A stretch of DNA of 63,392 bases, filler included, from Collodictyon triciliatum (GCA_043381765.1; 51 parts of 51 records of this genome joined end to end with filler, not necessarily neighbours in it); one strand, 5' to 3'. Shown: positions 12,112 to 26,631, numbered from the whole stretch's first letter. Made by a program: numbers and translations. The notes: generated from the sequence alone by a model not told the origin.

Positions 12112-12624
12112 CTGGACAAATTCTGTGTATATGGGTAGACTGGCTGGGTGTCAATACAATACACATCATTTATTTATTTTATGAGTGGACTTAACAATCA
12201 CACAGGACAGAATCACTCGAGTCAGGACGGGGGGTTGTGCACACAGAGATCAGAAAGTACTTTGTGAATAAGAAAAGAGGAGCAAGATTTCGACAAGACG
12301 ACATTAAATATCCCGCAAAGGCCGGCGGATTTTTCAGAGAAGACGACTTGTGCAGAACTTGTGTGCTTGTGCTTCCTTNNNNNNNNNNNNNNNNNNNNNN
12401 NNNNNNNNNNNNNNNNNNNNNNTTAATTAATTAANNNNNNNNNNNNNNNNNNNNNNNNNNNNNNNNNNNNNNNNNNNNTTTCTTTTTCTTTTTCTTTTTC
12501 TTTTTCTTTTTCTTTTTCTTTTTCTTTTTCTTTTTCTTTTTCTTTTTCTTTTTCTTTTTCTTTTTCTTTTTCTTTTGTTTTGACGCGAGTGTTATTAACT
12601 TCACCAATTTGCTCCCCTATCTAG

Positions 12625-12827
12625 CCCGTGAAAAATGTGTCCGTATGCAATGGGTTGTGCTCAATTGGAACCAACCCAGCAAGGACTTCTACGAAGAGTT
12701 TGTCGGGGCGAAGTGTCTGGGTGATTGGCAGCTATATCGTGTGACAGAGGAGGGCATCCGGGAGTTCATTGAGAAGCGCGCCCCAAAGACTGCCGAGGCC
12801 TCTCAGGAGCCAAAAAGCGAAACATAA
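12625..12827 (+). CDS. Last exon of a GNAT (diamine/spermidine N-acetyltransferase-like) gene
   Basis: CVRMQWVVLNWNQPSKDFYE..GAK...DWQLYRV is typical of the SSAT-like C-terminus. Confidence 0.85.
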
Positions 12828-13536
12828 CTAAACAAACTGAAACTTTTTGCTGGGACCACACTATGTCAGTCTGTTTTATTGTGCAATATTATTTGTTTTC
12901 CTTCCTTATTCAATTCAAAGTTCATTAGGTTTAACCACGCAAGCATCATGTTGGGTGCTCCGGGTAGAAAGTAAAAGGGATTTATGATATTAGTGAAAAT
13001 GGGTGCGTGATGGCAAGTTCGTCCAACAGGCGCTCTGATTGGCTGATTGGTTGTGTTCATAGCAGATGTTGGATATGAAAGGAAAACATTTCTTATTCCG
13101 TCATATGTTTCTTTCTTCCTTTCATTTTCGTCGTCTTTTTCGCTCTCTTCGCCAGCTCACCGTGATATTAGCTGGGGATGGGTGTCTGGATGCAAGGCAG
13201 AGGGCGATGTACACATCTGGTGCCGATTGAAAGAAACGTGACAAAACCAATCATGAATATCGAGAAAGTTGCGATTGCAGAGCCGATGAAAGTCGAGAGG
13301 TGAGCGAGATGGTCTTTTAATGGGTGATTGTGTGTGGAATGTTTCCTGAACAGTATTTTCTAGTCGTCATCGTAGCCGTTCCTGCGAAAGTGGAAGGAAA
13401 TGGAGCGAAGGAGAAGGAGGTTTTGTTGGATGTCAATACGTTAATATGGGAGGGCAGGGTGAAAGGGGAAGGAAGATAGAGTTTGGCATTGGTTCGAAAA
13501 AGTCAGACACTCGCAATCAAGTTTTCTTTTTGATTT

Positions 13537-13598
<62 letters not shown>

Positions 13599-14815
13599 TT
13601 TTTTTTTTCTTTTTTATTTTTTTTTNNNNNNNNNNNNNNNNNNNNNNNNNNNNNNNNNNNNNNNNNNNNTTAATTAATTAANNNNNNNNNNNNNNNNNNN
13701 NNNNNNNNNNNNNNNNNNNNNNNNNAAAAAACATAAAAAACATAAAAAACATAAAAAAACATAAAAAAACATAAAAAAACATAAAAAAACATAAAAAACA
13801 TAAAAAACATAAAAAACATAAAAAACATAAAAAACATAAAAAACAAAATAACAAAAAGACATAACAATTGAAAGGAAGAATAATTAAAAAACAAAAGGAA
13901 AGGACCAAAGAACCAAAGAACCAAAGATGAATTATTTTTTAGCTCCATTATCTAGATTTATCAAAACTGCCTTTTCTTCATGTAACTGATTAGATTTCCA
14001 CTGATTGGGCACTCTGGGAAAACCTACGGAATGGTTTGTAAATACCGCTCATTTAATCAAAGTGTAACTGTTAGCAATGCCAATCTAGATGATTCCAGCC
14101 TCGGGTTTACATTTAACCATTTCATACCTAGGCCCTTCGTGCCACAGCCGATTCCACAAACCCCATTTTTGTCTCTGTCGGGCATAGAGTATCAACTGAG
14201 ACTGCTGCTCAATTAACTTACTCTACCTGCCGTTTCCGTGTCCCACAGAGTATTCGCATCGCAGACCTTACAAGCAGGGTAGGGATAATTTACTTTGAAT
14301 TTTTTTGAACACGAATCCAAATATTCACATTTATTTTGTGTTACCTCTTTTGATTATTATCTAATGGCACATAGTGTGTTTCAATTTGTCTTTTATATCT
14401 CTTGCTTTCCCCTTGTCTTCCCTAACCAGAGCGTGCGTTTATATTCAGAGGTACATATCCAAGCACTTTCCCAAGTAGTTGATATACCCTAGAACTCCTT
14501 CTTTGTTCACCGAGTTCGACCTCACCTTGGACTCTTTTAGCCTGGAGCGCAACAACTGATACAGCGCGATACCCATAGCGAACAAAAATTAAACATAGGC
14601 ATACTTTTTTGTCTTTGAAATTACGTCCAAATAAAGCTTAGCCTTTCGACTTACACATGACAAAATAGATTTTTCTTTTATATACCTAGATGCATGACAT
14701 TTCAAAAAAAAGAATAAAAGAATAAAAGAAAAAAAGAAAAAAAGAAAAAAAGAAAAAAAGAAAAAAAGAAAAAAAGAAAAAAAGAAAAAAGAAAAAAAGA
14801 AAAAAAAAAAAAAAG

Positions 14816-14867
<52 letters not shown>

Positions 14868-15112
14868 AAAAAAAANNNNNNNNNNNNNNNNNNNNNNNNN
14901 NNNNNNNNNNNNNNNNNNNTTAATTAATTAANNNNNNNNNNNNNNNNNNNNNNNNNNNNNNNNNNNNNNNNNNNNAAAACAAAAAAACAAATAATGAGGT
15001 AGCTCCGAACTTAAATATTTTACAAATAATCATCGTACGATCGCACACACTCACGCACGAGCCCTACAAGCTGCTTCACAAGGTTATATACGAAATCCCA
15101 AAGCCTCCTTGC

Positions 15113-16122
15113 ATGAAGACACTCTACCGCCAGAAAACGCTGCTCCTGTCATGTCTCGCACTGACACTAATATTTGGAGCCTGTATCCGCAGCCTTGCAG
15201 ACACGATTCCAACTGACTCTGCATCACAAGTAAGACAGGAAGCTGACACAGTCGCCCTGAATCGAGTTCATGATGATATTGAAATGGTTGATTCAGTCGC
15301 GTTTCGTCATTTACTGAATATGAGGAACAAGATGGCTCGCAAGGACGAAAACGATGATAATGCCGATGAAAATGAAAACGAGAAAGGGCAAAAGAAAGGA
15401 AAAAATGCTCCTCGAGCAAGGAGAGGGCGGAAGAGAGGCCAAAAAGACAGAGACGAAGACGATGAACACATTGAAGATGGCGTGGATATTGAGGAAAATG
15501 CTGACCAAAAGGTTGAGAATGGAGAAGAGATTGAGCAAAGGAAGAGAAATAAACAGGAAAATCTTGACGGTGATGATTCAGATATTCAGAAACAAAAAGG
15601 TGTCGATAAGAACGATGACGGTGGCCAAAATGATGAAAAACAAAAAGATAATGACACAGGGAAAAAGAACATGAAGAAAAAGGATAGGAATGACGATGAC
15701 GACGATGCTGAAGAAAATAATCGTTCGGGTGAAAATGAAGTCTTTGATAAGGGCGGAGACGAGGATGCTGACGAAAAAAATGGTTCTGGTGAAAATGAAA
15801 AGGATGAAAAACATGACGATAAACACGACGACGGCGTTCAAGACAATAAAGATGGGGGAACGGGAAGGGGAAGCGTACAAGAGTTTCTAGAAAATCAGGA
15901 GAAAGAAAAGAAAAAAAGTGCAGAGAAAAAGAAGGAAAAAATCCAAATTCTGGGCTCGAAAGAAAACCTTCAAGGAAGTACCTTTTATCTGATTATCTCC
16001 AGTTAACCTGAAACTTTGTTTAAAAATTCTCTTTTATTCAAGAATTATTTTCATATGATATTAGAAGCACTCCCGCCAAAGAATATTGCCTTTTGTCATA
16101 TCGAAAGAACAGGTGGAACCAC
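15113..16122 (+). CDS. Membrane-anchored/secreted sulfotransferase-like protein with long D/E/K/N-rich stem (partial)
   Basis: N-terminal hydrophobic segment, about 230 aa of charged low-complexity sequence, intron, then exon NIAFCHIERTGGT resembling the 5'-PSB motif FxHIxKTGGT. Confidence 0.65.
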
Positions 16123-16518
16123 NNNNNNNNNNNNNNNNNNNNNNNNNNNNNNNNNNNNNNNNNNNNTTAATTAATTAANNNNNNNNNNNNNNNNNNNNNN
16201 NNNNNNNNNNNNNNNNNNNNNNTGTGGGATACGACGTTGCGGCGAACAAACGAAATGTCCAACATTTAGAGTGCAAGTAAATGGGCATTATGATTCGGGG
16301 TTGGGTTGCTGTATTGGGGTTGCTATCGAAGAAAAAATTGAGGTTCTTGATGTTTTCATATCCACTTAAAAATTATATGTAAGCAACAAAATACGTACAG
16401 AATCAAATAAATAGGCATAAAAAAGGGGAGAAACCAAGGAAAAGAAAAACGAAAAATGATGCAGGGGAGGGTATATGTATAATATATACATATATTGGGT
16501 CCCTCTTAGTAAGAAGGA

Positions 16519-16591
16519 GCTCGCATAGCTTAGTTGGTAGAGCGTGGTGCTAATAACGCCAAGGTCGTAGGTTCGATCCCTGCTGTGAGCA
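16519..16591 (+). tRNA. trnI: tRNA-Ile, anticodon AAT
   Basis: Acceptor stem GCTCGCA/TGTGAGC, D-arm TAGCTTAGTTGGTAGAGC, anticodon arm TGGTG-CT-AAT-AA-CGCCA, T-loop GGTTCGATCCC. Confidence 0.96.
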
Positions 16592-17490
16592 TCTCTCACT
16601 TTTGCCTTCTCGCTCCCACCCCTAAGTCTCATCTTTTTTTCGCTTTCATTCGGTCCCACAAAGTCTCGCATCGTTGCTCATTCAACCATCTTATTTTTTT
16701 TTTTAACTTTTCACTTCAGATTTTTTGTTTCAATCAATCACGCTCCATCCTTCCTCAGCGCTGCCACAAGCTACTGAAGTTATCTTACATCCTCTTGCCT
16801 TCAACCAATCTTCACAACAATGGTCTCTGTCGCCTCCAGCAATCTTTGTGGTGTTGTCCTCCATAATCCCGAAGCTGCTTATATCTCGTAGTTCCTTTAT
16901 TACAACATACCAATATTCTTTTATCATGTTGGTCGCTTCATGGGAGTGGAAGAGGGTAGCTGACCTTATACGCTCAAATCGTTCATCAATCTCACTGACA
17001 CCACAGCGACGCCATTAGATTTGCTTGAAGTTGACTCTGTCGTACGAACCGTGATTTGGGTCTGAGAACAAGACTTGGATACATCTGATATCAAACCATC
17101 TTCATCTCCAACTTCTTATTTCTCTGACATTTCCCTGGATAACTCATTGTACACCAATGTCCTCGCATCTTCTAAGACTCGCTAGTATGCTATCCTTCAT
17201 CTTGCCAGGCAGGGTTGGCATATACCAGAATACCTTATAATTTTGGTGGGTGGTATAGAAAATGCCGCAAGCTCAATAGTTCTTAGTCTCCAGATTCTAC
17301 CTGCTACAAACTGCATATAAACATATTTTTACCATTTTGTTCACCAAAGCGCTTCTCTGAATCCTTTCCNNNNNNNNNNNNNNNNNNNNNNNNNNNNNNN
17401 NNNNNNNNNNNNNTTAATTAATTAANNNNNNNNNNNNNNNNNNNNNNNNNNNNNNNNNNNNNNNNNNNNAAAAAAATATAAAATAAAAAA

Positions 17491-17524
<34 letters not shown>

Positions 17525-17628
17525 AAAAATTTTTTTTTTTTTTTTAAAAAAAAAAAAAGGGTAATATTTAAGAGGTATGAAATTTCCTATAACTAAACAT
17601 GTGGATGTGCGTTAACCAAACCAATAAC

Positions 17629-18462
17629 CTGATTTATAATTGCATCAAAAGTTGTGACAGCATCATCATTCTGCACCCACCCACCTGTTTCATATATAAA
17701 ATGTAATCAATTGATCACACCAAGAGTCTTAGGAGGTATTTGGTTTCACTTGATAAAGAGGATGATGTATCATAGCGCAAAAGGAAACGAAAGGTAGAAT
17801 AAGGCAGGAAAAGATAGTTGAGCGACTACTAGGCTTGGGGACAAGAAAGAAAAAGAAAGAACAAACCTCCTACAAACTCTAGCTGGCCTGTTTGAACGAG
17901 TTCCTTGAGATTTTTCTGCTCCTCTTCTGATGCTGAACGAAACCAGCGGGCAAGATATACGCTAAGCATCGAAAGGAGACAATTTTATAAATGTATATTC
18001 TTTTATATCGACCCTGTTCTAAATAGTCACATTTTCACCTGTGACGAGTTTCAGAAACATTGCTATATACCTTTTCTTAATGGAACCAAGTAATTCAAGA
18101 AAATTATTAAAGAAAAAAAATGAAAAATGAAAAATGAAGAAAATGATAAGAATGAAAAACAAATACCTTTCATTCCACACAAAGCGTCTTTTCGGATCCT
18201 TGTGAAGCGCCGCAACCACACTGGACAGAATCTGCCGAACACTCCCTTTGTCGTACTCATCGACTGTTTGGAGCCAACCCGCATCGCAGTGACTGTGCGG
18301 GACGACATGCACAGTCCACCCAGTTGGCTCCGACGGCTCCAACAACTCCATCGGCACAAACGGCGGCCCGGCGGACGGTGAAGCCACGCTCCTTGTCGAG
18401 GCCGGCAGCACAAAGCCGCAGTGCAGAATCACGAGGCAGCAAAACAGGCGCATCAGAGACAT
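17629..18462 (-). CDS. Glycoside hydrolase family 38 alpha-mannosidase, 5' exons
   Basis: Signal peptide; VHVVPHSHCDAGWLQT, RRFVWNE, GQLEFVGGGWVQNDDA across three exons. Confidence 0.93.
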
Positions 18463-18525
18463 CGTGGAGGCTCCTCTTTTCGTTCTGACGCAAGCCCAGG
18501 CGACGAGTTAAAATGAGGTGCGTTT

Positions 18526-18611
<86 letters not shown>

Positions 18612-18716
18612 AAGAANNNNNNNNNNNNNNNNNNNNNNNNNNNNNNNNNNNNNNNNNNNNTTAATTAATTAANNNNNNNNNNNNNNNNNNNNNNNNNNNN
18701 NNNNNNNNNNNNNNNN

Positions 18717-18874
18717 CAAAACATCAAAACATCAAAACATCAAAACATCAAAACATCAAAACATCAAAACATCAAAACATCAAAACATCAAAACATCAAA
18801 ACATCAAAACATCAAGACATCAAGACATCAAGACATCAAGACATCAAGACATCAAGACATCAAGACATCAAGAC
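18717..18874. repeat. 8-bp tandem repeat (CAAAACAT)n switching to (CAAGACAT)n
   Basis: Directly visible. Confidence 0.95.
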
Positions 18875-20667
18875 TAGTGTTTGGTTCTGTTACATCCAAG
18901 TACAAATCGCTGGGGAAAACACTTCAGTCAAGTATGCAACAGAAGATACTCATATAATGAAATCAAAACCTTGTGTCATTGATCTTCATACTCTTGACAG
19001 AAGCAGAACTTCCAACTGATTTTCTGCCACTGCTAATGAATAGTTATTTTTAATATGGGTAGTAATCATACTTAAAAAGCATAATTAATCAAATTAGATA
19101 TTGAAATAATGCCGGCAAATTCATGATAACTTTTTGTGAGTAATAAGGCGAGAAACAAAGATATTATGATTACAAAAAGGCGCATGCTAGTGATCTTATC
19201 AACAAACAAAAGAAATTTAAGGCGACAAATGAGAGAAAGCAAAAGACGATAAAAAAATTATGTAAAGATATATATATATGATAATAAATTATGCTGACAG
19301 AATTGTGATTATATACTCACGGGCCAAAGCTAGAGACAGAGGCGGTGGAGAGGCGGTTGGATTCACTCGCCACAGTAAGTCTTTTGCTTTGACCGCCTTC
19401 CCATAAAGAATTGTCGAGTCAGCAAATATATCAGGTTTGGCAAAGTTAACTTAGTTGACCTCTGTCCAATAGACTTGTGATAAAAAGAAAACGAGAAAAA
19501 GAGCTCATGTGTGATATAAGTCAACCGGAGTTATTACAGTTGAGATGGAAAAATAATAGGAGCGAGAAAGAAAAGGAAAAGGAAAAGGAAAAGGAAAACC
19601 ATATTTGAAAGTATCGTAGAGAATTAAAAAAAAAAGTGATTAGAACCTGTGCTGAGGCTTCTGCCTTGGCTTCCGCCGACACTAGCGCGACTATTGAGTG
19701 AAGAACTGGAAACTTGTGATAATGGCGTGCGTTTCGACATTGCGAGTAATATCCACCTACCAGAATATATTAGCAGCAGAAACCATCTTAATTATGTGCC
19801 AATACTCTGTTAATACTCATCAACACGTCAATTATCCTTTCTCTTTTCTCTTTTCTCTTTTCTNNNNNNNNNNNNNNNNNNNNNNNNNNNNNNNNNNNNN
19901 NNNNNNNTTAATTAATTAANNNNNNNNNNNNNNNNNNNNNNNNNNNNNNNNNNNNNNNNNNNNGAAGTAACTAGCTCAATATATTTTTTGCTGTATTGTA
20001 TCAAGGCTTTGAAATATGTTCTAACGCGCTTTTAGATTTTGCTCTCAAGTACAGAAACGACTCTATGAAGCTGAATGGTCAAGAGATCTTCTTCAACATG
20101 ACCTAACCCGTTCTGTGGATGAGGGTGAAACGAAGGGCTTAAGAGCGCAAATGGTGATTCTAAACCTTCTTAAGCACAATTACATTAGATTACAAAAACT
20201 AACATTACAATTGCCCAGGGGGTCGACTTTGGTGCAACAAGTGTTAAATTCGACGAAGAGTCTAAAAAATATCAGTACAGTGGAAAGGTATATCAGCGGT
20301 TAAATAAATAATGTGCCAAAAATTGTTGTGTGACATCAATACCTTTACAAGACAATATCAAGGGCAATCAGGTTGAGTCGAACTAGTCACGGAGGTCAAA
20401 TAATTATAACTGATCCGGTTTATCAGGTTTGGATTAAAAAGTTTATAGAAAATTAAAAAAAATCATCACGTCCGGTATTGCTTAATTATTTTTTTTTTAA
20501 AAAAAATATAGGAGTTGCAAGAAAATATAAAAAATGTAGAGCAAGAAATTACTATTAGACCAATAACTCATGAGAACTCAAAAACCAGTTGTTCTAAGTT
20601 ATATGAGGTATATCTCAATTTTAAATTTTATAAAAATATATGGTTATCAAAATGCTACATAAGCTGA

Positions 20668-20704
<37 letters not shown>

Positions 20705-20895
20705 TCCCACGGTCCCTAATGAAACGTGCGGCGTATTTTTCCAGCATGGAGCTTCGTAATTCTAGTTTTATGAGGAGTAGCATTATGGTAGGTAACACCA
20801 GTATGAAGTCCTTTTTCAATTTTTTTCATATCTATAATTTTCAACCCATTATTGGTTCCGATGACCTCATTTTTTGATTTTTTTTTTCGTTTCAG

Positions 20896-21110
20896 AGTCA
20901 AAATCTTCCCAATATGCCATCTCTGTCCGTCGAGTCCTCGAATATTACGCATGCAAGTTCGCCTGAAAAGATTATTGTGGCAACAGGAAACATAAAAACT
21001 GCCGATAAATTGAAAGATGAAGAAGATGCCAATGGAATTCCTCGAGATAAGAAAGAGTGGGAAGTTGACATAAGCAAGCTTAACATCAGCAAGATGCCGA
21101 TTGGCTCCGG
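20896..21110 (+). CDS. Exon leading into a TKL kinase domain (partial)
   Basis: EWEVDISKLNISKMPIGSG is the typical W-E-x-D-x-x-x-L...IGxG entry into a TKL kinase. Confidence 0.65.
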
Positions 21111-21210
21111 NNNNNNNNNNNNNNNNNNNNNNNNNNNNNNNNNNNNNNNNNNNNTTAATTAATTAANNNNNNNNNNNNNNNNNNNNNNNNNNNNNNNNNN
21201 NNNNNNNNNN

Positions 21211-22356
21211 CTTTTGTGATTCCTTCTTTTTGATAGAACCCTGATGAGCACAAACTACATGATGAACTTCTCTCTGAGCTGTAGCTTCCTTTTGGACATG
21301 AAATGCATGATGATTGGTTGAATGAACCAATTTTATTGTTGAATGTTCCTGCTGGACATGATGCACATGATGCTTGACCATCCCTGTCATTCCATGTACC
21401 TTGTGGACATTCGATACATGACGTGTTTCCATATGAGCCGGAGTTTGAGTTGAATGTACCTTTTGGACAAGTATAGCATGATTTCGAGTCTTTTGTGATT
21501 CCTTCTTTTTGATAGAACCCTGATGAGCACAAACTACATGATGAACTTCTCTCTGAGCTGTAGCTTCCTTTTGGACATGAAATGCATGATGATTCGTCGA
21601 ACGAGCCAATTTTATTGTTGAATGTACCAGTTGGACATGATGTGCATGATGCTTGACCATCTCTATCATTCCATGTACCTTGCGGACATTCGATGCATGA
21701 AGAGTTTCCATATGAGCCGGAGTTTGAGTTGAATGTGCCTTTTGGACATGTATAACATGATTTCGAGTCTTTTGTAATTTCTTCTTTTTGATAGAATCCT
21801 GGCGAGCATAGTGTGCATGATGCGCTTCTTTCTGAGCTGTAGCTTCCATTTGCACATGGAATGCATGATGATTGATTGAATGAGCCCGTTTTGTTGTTGA
21901 ATGTACCAGCTGGACATGATATGCATGATGCTTGACCATCCTTATCATTCCAAGTACCTCGTGGACATTCAATGCAAGATTTGTTTCCATATGAGCCGGA
22001 GTTTGAGTTGAATGTACCTTTTGGACATGCATGGCATGATTTTGGGTCTTTTGTGATTCCTTCCTTTTGATATAATCCTGACAAGCATAAGCTGCATGAT
22101 GCGCTTCTCTCTGGGCTGTAGCTTCCATTTGGACATGAAATGCATGATGATTGATTGAATGAGCCTGTTTTGTTATTGAATGTACCAGCTGGACATGATA
22201 TGCAATCATCTCTGTAATAATTTCCAAAAGTGCCTTGTGGACATTCGATACACGATGCGTTGCTTATTGAACCAAACTTTGGATTAAAAGTTCCTAAAAG
22301 ACATTCAAGACATGAAATATGACCACTATGTGGATTGTATGAGCCAGGCTGACAAA
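21211..22356 (-). CDS. Cys-rich surface protein (GCC2_GCC3/ephrin-receptor-like CxxCPxGT repeats) built from 279-bp tandem units
   Basis: Frame open across the whole contig; unit markers at 21211, 21490, 21769, 22048 (period 279 bp = 93 aa). Confidence 0.88.
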
Positions 22357-23702
22357 NNNNNNNNNNNNNNNNNNNNNNNNNNNNNNNNNNNNNNNNNNNN
22401 TTAATTAATTAANNNNNNNNNNNNNNNNNNNNNNNNNNNNNNNNNNNNNNNNNNNNGAGGATGTAAGAAGTTGGCTGCATTGGGTTTTTTTCTTTCAGAT
22501 TTCTGTTGCTCTTTGTTGGACAAAAACGTCGATTGCTTATCATAATGCCTTTATGACATTTTAATGATTTCAATATTATTTCATTATTATTCTAGTCATT
22601 CAGGGGGCGATAAGAAGAAGGAAGAATGTAGCGAAGAATCGCACGAGTCAGATTTGATCAAGGAAGAAATATGTAAGCTCTTAAAGTTGTCTTCTCACTA
22701 TGCTTCAAACATCTAAGTATATTTGCTGTAATTTGTTTCTAATATGATGTTATCTGCAGGTCCTCAATGGAAACAGAAGCCAAATTATCGAACTAACGTA
22801 GAAGTGGGTCAAAGCGAAAACATTTTTTTCTCTGAAAAAATATAATTAATAATTTTAGCCTCTGAAATCATGTTCAAATTACACTTACCAAAGGCTAAAC
22901 ATACCTTTACTATCGCTTGAAGGCTGAACTTATCTTGTACAAATTAACGATGAGAGTTAAAAAGATCCTCATGGACTTTCTTTGTGACGATTTCGCCAGC
23001 GAATTTGAATTGTCCAAAGTAAGTTACAAACTTTATCAGTAACCCAGGTCACCGTTGAGGTCATGTATCAGCAAGGATTCAATATGTCTTTTAATCCAAA
23101 CTTTTCACTTTTCTTTTGTATAATTTCCCTTTAAATTATTAGGACATTGCATCCGCAACACGTAATGATCTTTTCTATTATGCATGTGTCATATCATTTC
23201 TTATTTGTTCGATTCATGCCAGACTCATATCCCTATTAATGATAACCTAAAATAAAGGAACAGTTTGAACTATCTTATTATTCTCTTGAATATTTGTAAC
23301 AAGTTTGACAATTATATGTACTATTACCAGAAGTGACAGCGATATCAACAAAAGAAGAATTCAAAATCACCAATCCAATACTGTTAAACGATTCGGAAAG
23401 TGGATCAGAGCAGCGTTTTCGTTCTAGTGTGATATCGATTTTGCATGAATTTGTGGACAAGTAATGCATTTTTGTATGTGAATGTCACTTTTGCTCATTC
23501 CTCTTTCCCATCCTTTTGATGCTTATACCCTCTGGATTCGGTCGGATTCACTCACAAGAACTATAATTAAGAAATCCGCTAAGGTCTCCGATGTCCATTA
23601 CANNNNNNNNNNNNNNNNNNNNNNNNNNNNNNNNNNNNNNNNNNNNTTAATTAATTAANNNNNNNNNNNNNNNNNNNNNNNNNNNNNNNNNNNNNNNNNN
23701 NN

Positions 23703-24848
23703 AATTGATAAATATTACGCTCCCATTCTGCTGTGCTGTTGTTTGAGACGAACAAATTGCTCATATAGGCACCCACTTTTTCAGAGTAATCAGTTCTTGA
23801 TTCTGCGACAGTTTTTGGCGAATAATTAGCTTGGAAAAGAGTATTGAAGGAAAACTCAAACGAACTCTCTATGTTCCTCCCTACAACAGGGAGACTTGTT
23901 TCGGTGAATTCTACTGTTTTTAGGGCTGCCGACTTATTTACTAAATGTATGGGTTGTGTCTGCAAATATGAAGGTTTCAAGGTTTCTAGGCCTTGTGTAT
24001 CGATGGACAAACCAACTGGTTGGATTAGGGGGGAATCTGTACATCCTAGCTGTGTGGATGACCGTCTCGAGTTTGGTGCGACTGATGAATGAGAGTCCAT
24101 AACAGGATCAGGCCTGCTTCCCATAGAAGTTAGTGAAAAAGTGGAAAGCGCATTATCGGACGAAAGAAATGATGACCGATTTATCGAATGCAAATCCGGT
24201 TGATTTTGAAAATTTTGTGTGGTGTGTATCATAGTTGATTCGCTTCTGAAGGCAATATTAGAATCGAATAATGGAAAACTTCGTTCAAAAAAGGATGACG
24301 AGTTAGCCGATGACTCACTAGGTGCTGTGTCATGATGTTGAGCAAAAGCAAAGCGGCTTTTGGATGATAGTGATGGAGAGAAACTAAAGGATTGTGAAGC
24401 AAACAGAGGACTAGCATCTGGAAATGAATCAAAAGTCGAGCGAGCAGTGAAAGAAGGCGACACTATAGATGACTTTGATTCACTGATCTGTTCGATACTA
24501 TTAAAATTGTAATATGAGCTATTTGAATTATCTTCCAAGAAAAATGGTGAGCAATTATGAGCGCCATTAAATGGAGATAGTGGGGTCTCGCTGTCTAAAA
24601 CTTTTTCTTTCTGCGACTTTAAACTTGATTGAGGAGTATGTGATTGAGAATGGTTCAGAAAAGGTTTTGATGAAATGAAAGGAGAAAGAGACAGGACGTT
24701 CATCTCATCGACACTATGATTTGCTTCAAAAGGATTGTTTGTAATACAATATTGAATATGCTCACTGAGGGGCATTTGTAAGGACGAGATGTTTGACGTG
24801 ATAAATGATGTGCTTGATGGGTTAGTTGGCTCCCGAGTAGGTGAATTT
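23703..24848 (-). CDS. Ser-rich low-complexity exon of an unknown protein
   Basis: Long uninterrupted ORF (over 350 codons); no recognisable domain. Confidence 0.55.
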
Positions 24849-25129
24849 NNNNNNNNNNNNNNNNNNNNNNNNNNNNNNNNNNNNNNNNNNNNTTAATTAA
24901 TTAANNNNNNNNNNNNNNNNNNNNNNNNNNNNNNNNNNNNNNNNNNNNTTATTTTTATTTGTTTATTTTTTATTTGTTTATTTTTTATTTGTTTGTTTGT
25001 TTGTTTGTTTGTTTGTTTGTTTGTTTGTTTGTTTGTTTGTTTGTTTGTTTGTTTGTTTGTTTGTTTGTTTGTTTGTTTGTTTGTTTTTGGGATAATATAG
25101 ACAAACTGCTTCATTTTGAGAAACCAAAC

Positions 25130-25816
25130 CTGGTCATTCCGTGGAATATTCCTTTGATGCGATGCTGCAGTCGTTCGACATATGCCTGTGTGTAAAGCAC
25201 ATCTTGTTTCAAACGCCCTTGAATTAGTGTGTTTAGCCTGCATGCAACAACCTGCATTCCCATAATATTTACAGTAAGAGTTCGGTTAGATAAAGCAGCC
25301 TGGACTAGTGTGTAGCATATGCCATAAAATAACCAATTCAAATTAGCTATGACTTGTTCCATAAAATCTGACGGTAAGCTGTAAAGTTTCGATATATCAC
25401 TCATTTCGATGCGTCCAGATTCCTGAAGAGACTCGTTAATTTCTTCCGAGATATTATCCACGTAATAACTAGTTCAGAAATAGTCATGTTTAAAGATTAT
25501 GTATGGAAGAACAGAACTCTTCATGAAATCATGGCCGCAACCTACGCGGATATAAGCTCTCCTTGAAGTTTTGTGATTGTAGCATCTTTCTTCAAAAGCC
25601 GAGTTACTGCCTCTTCGATATGACTGAAATCGACGTTGATGCGATTCTATGTTTTGGCGATATGGTTCAGTGACTGAGAGTGTATATTGGTGTGAGATGT
25701 TTGGCTAATATATAGACATATTTCCGAGAAGTATATGATTATTTTCTAGCCTTCAACTCTGACAATGATATCCTTCCATTGCCAGCGATCAGTTCAGACG
25801 ATACTTCTCGTTCAAT
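25130..25816 (-). CDS. UFL1: E3 UFM1-protein ligase 1, N-terminal exons
   Basis: Exons GRISLSELK, INVDFSHIE...QGELIS, YVDNISEEINESLQESGRIEMSDISKLYSLPSDF, LYTQAYVERLQHRIKGIFHGMTR. Confidence 0.85.
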
Positions 25817-26253
25817 CTAAAAAAGGAAGATAATGTATTTCAGTTATAATTATTATGTGATCTTCAAAATATTTCGAGGATGTCATTTGTCATTTGTCAT
25901 TTGTCATTTGTCATTTGTCATTTGTCATTTGTCATTTGTCATTTGTCATTTGTCATTTGTCGTTTGTCATTTGTCGTTTGTCATTTGTCGTTTGTCATTT
26001 GTCATTTGTCATTTGTCATTTGTCATTTGTCATTTGTCATTTGTCATTTGTCATTTGTCATTTGTCATTTGTCATTTGTCATTTGTCATTTGTCNNNNNN
26101 NNNNNNNNNNNNNNNNNNNNNNNNNNNNNNNNNNNNNNTTAATTAATTAANNNNNNNNNNNNNNNNNNNNNNNNNNNNNNNNNNNNNNNNNNNNCTTCTT
26201 GAGTTAAAGACATTATAAAAACTTAATAAATTACCTTTAAATAGCTTTACAAG

Positions 26254-26631
26254 ATGACGACCATAACTTACAATACCAACGACTACATAATGAAAATTGT
26301 CAACTATCCTGACTGTACACCTTGTGATGTGAAAATTACTTTTAAAAAAAGTGACGTGAAAAACATCGTGATTATTTGGAGACGTGGCACTCATCTCAGT
26401 CTTATTGCTTCTGGAAAGAATGAAGGATATATTACTGATGCTCTCTCCTGCTTTTTTGCGATGCAACGATACAATGTCGAGGATGATTACGAAAACCATT
26501 TGAATGCTACTCTTGCCTGTCTTCATTGTGTAATGAATTATACTGAAACAAACTGGATTTTTTTAAAAGAAAATTTGAAACCATTATTGATTACTCTACT
26601 CTGCTACATTATCAAGCGACACAAAGAATAA
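26254..26631 (+). CDS. Intronless 125-aa ORFan, possibly viral
   Basis: Complete ATG-to-TAA ORF in AT-rich context; no recognised motif. Confidence 0.5.
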   Translation: MTTITYNTNDYIMKIVNYPDCTPCDVKITFKKSDVKNIVIIWRRGTHLSLIASGKNEGYITDALSCFFAMQRYNVEDDYENHLNATLACLHCVMNYTETNWIFLKENLKPLLITLLCYIIKRHKE

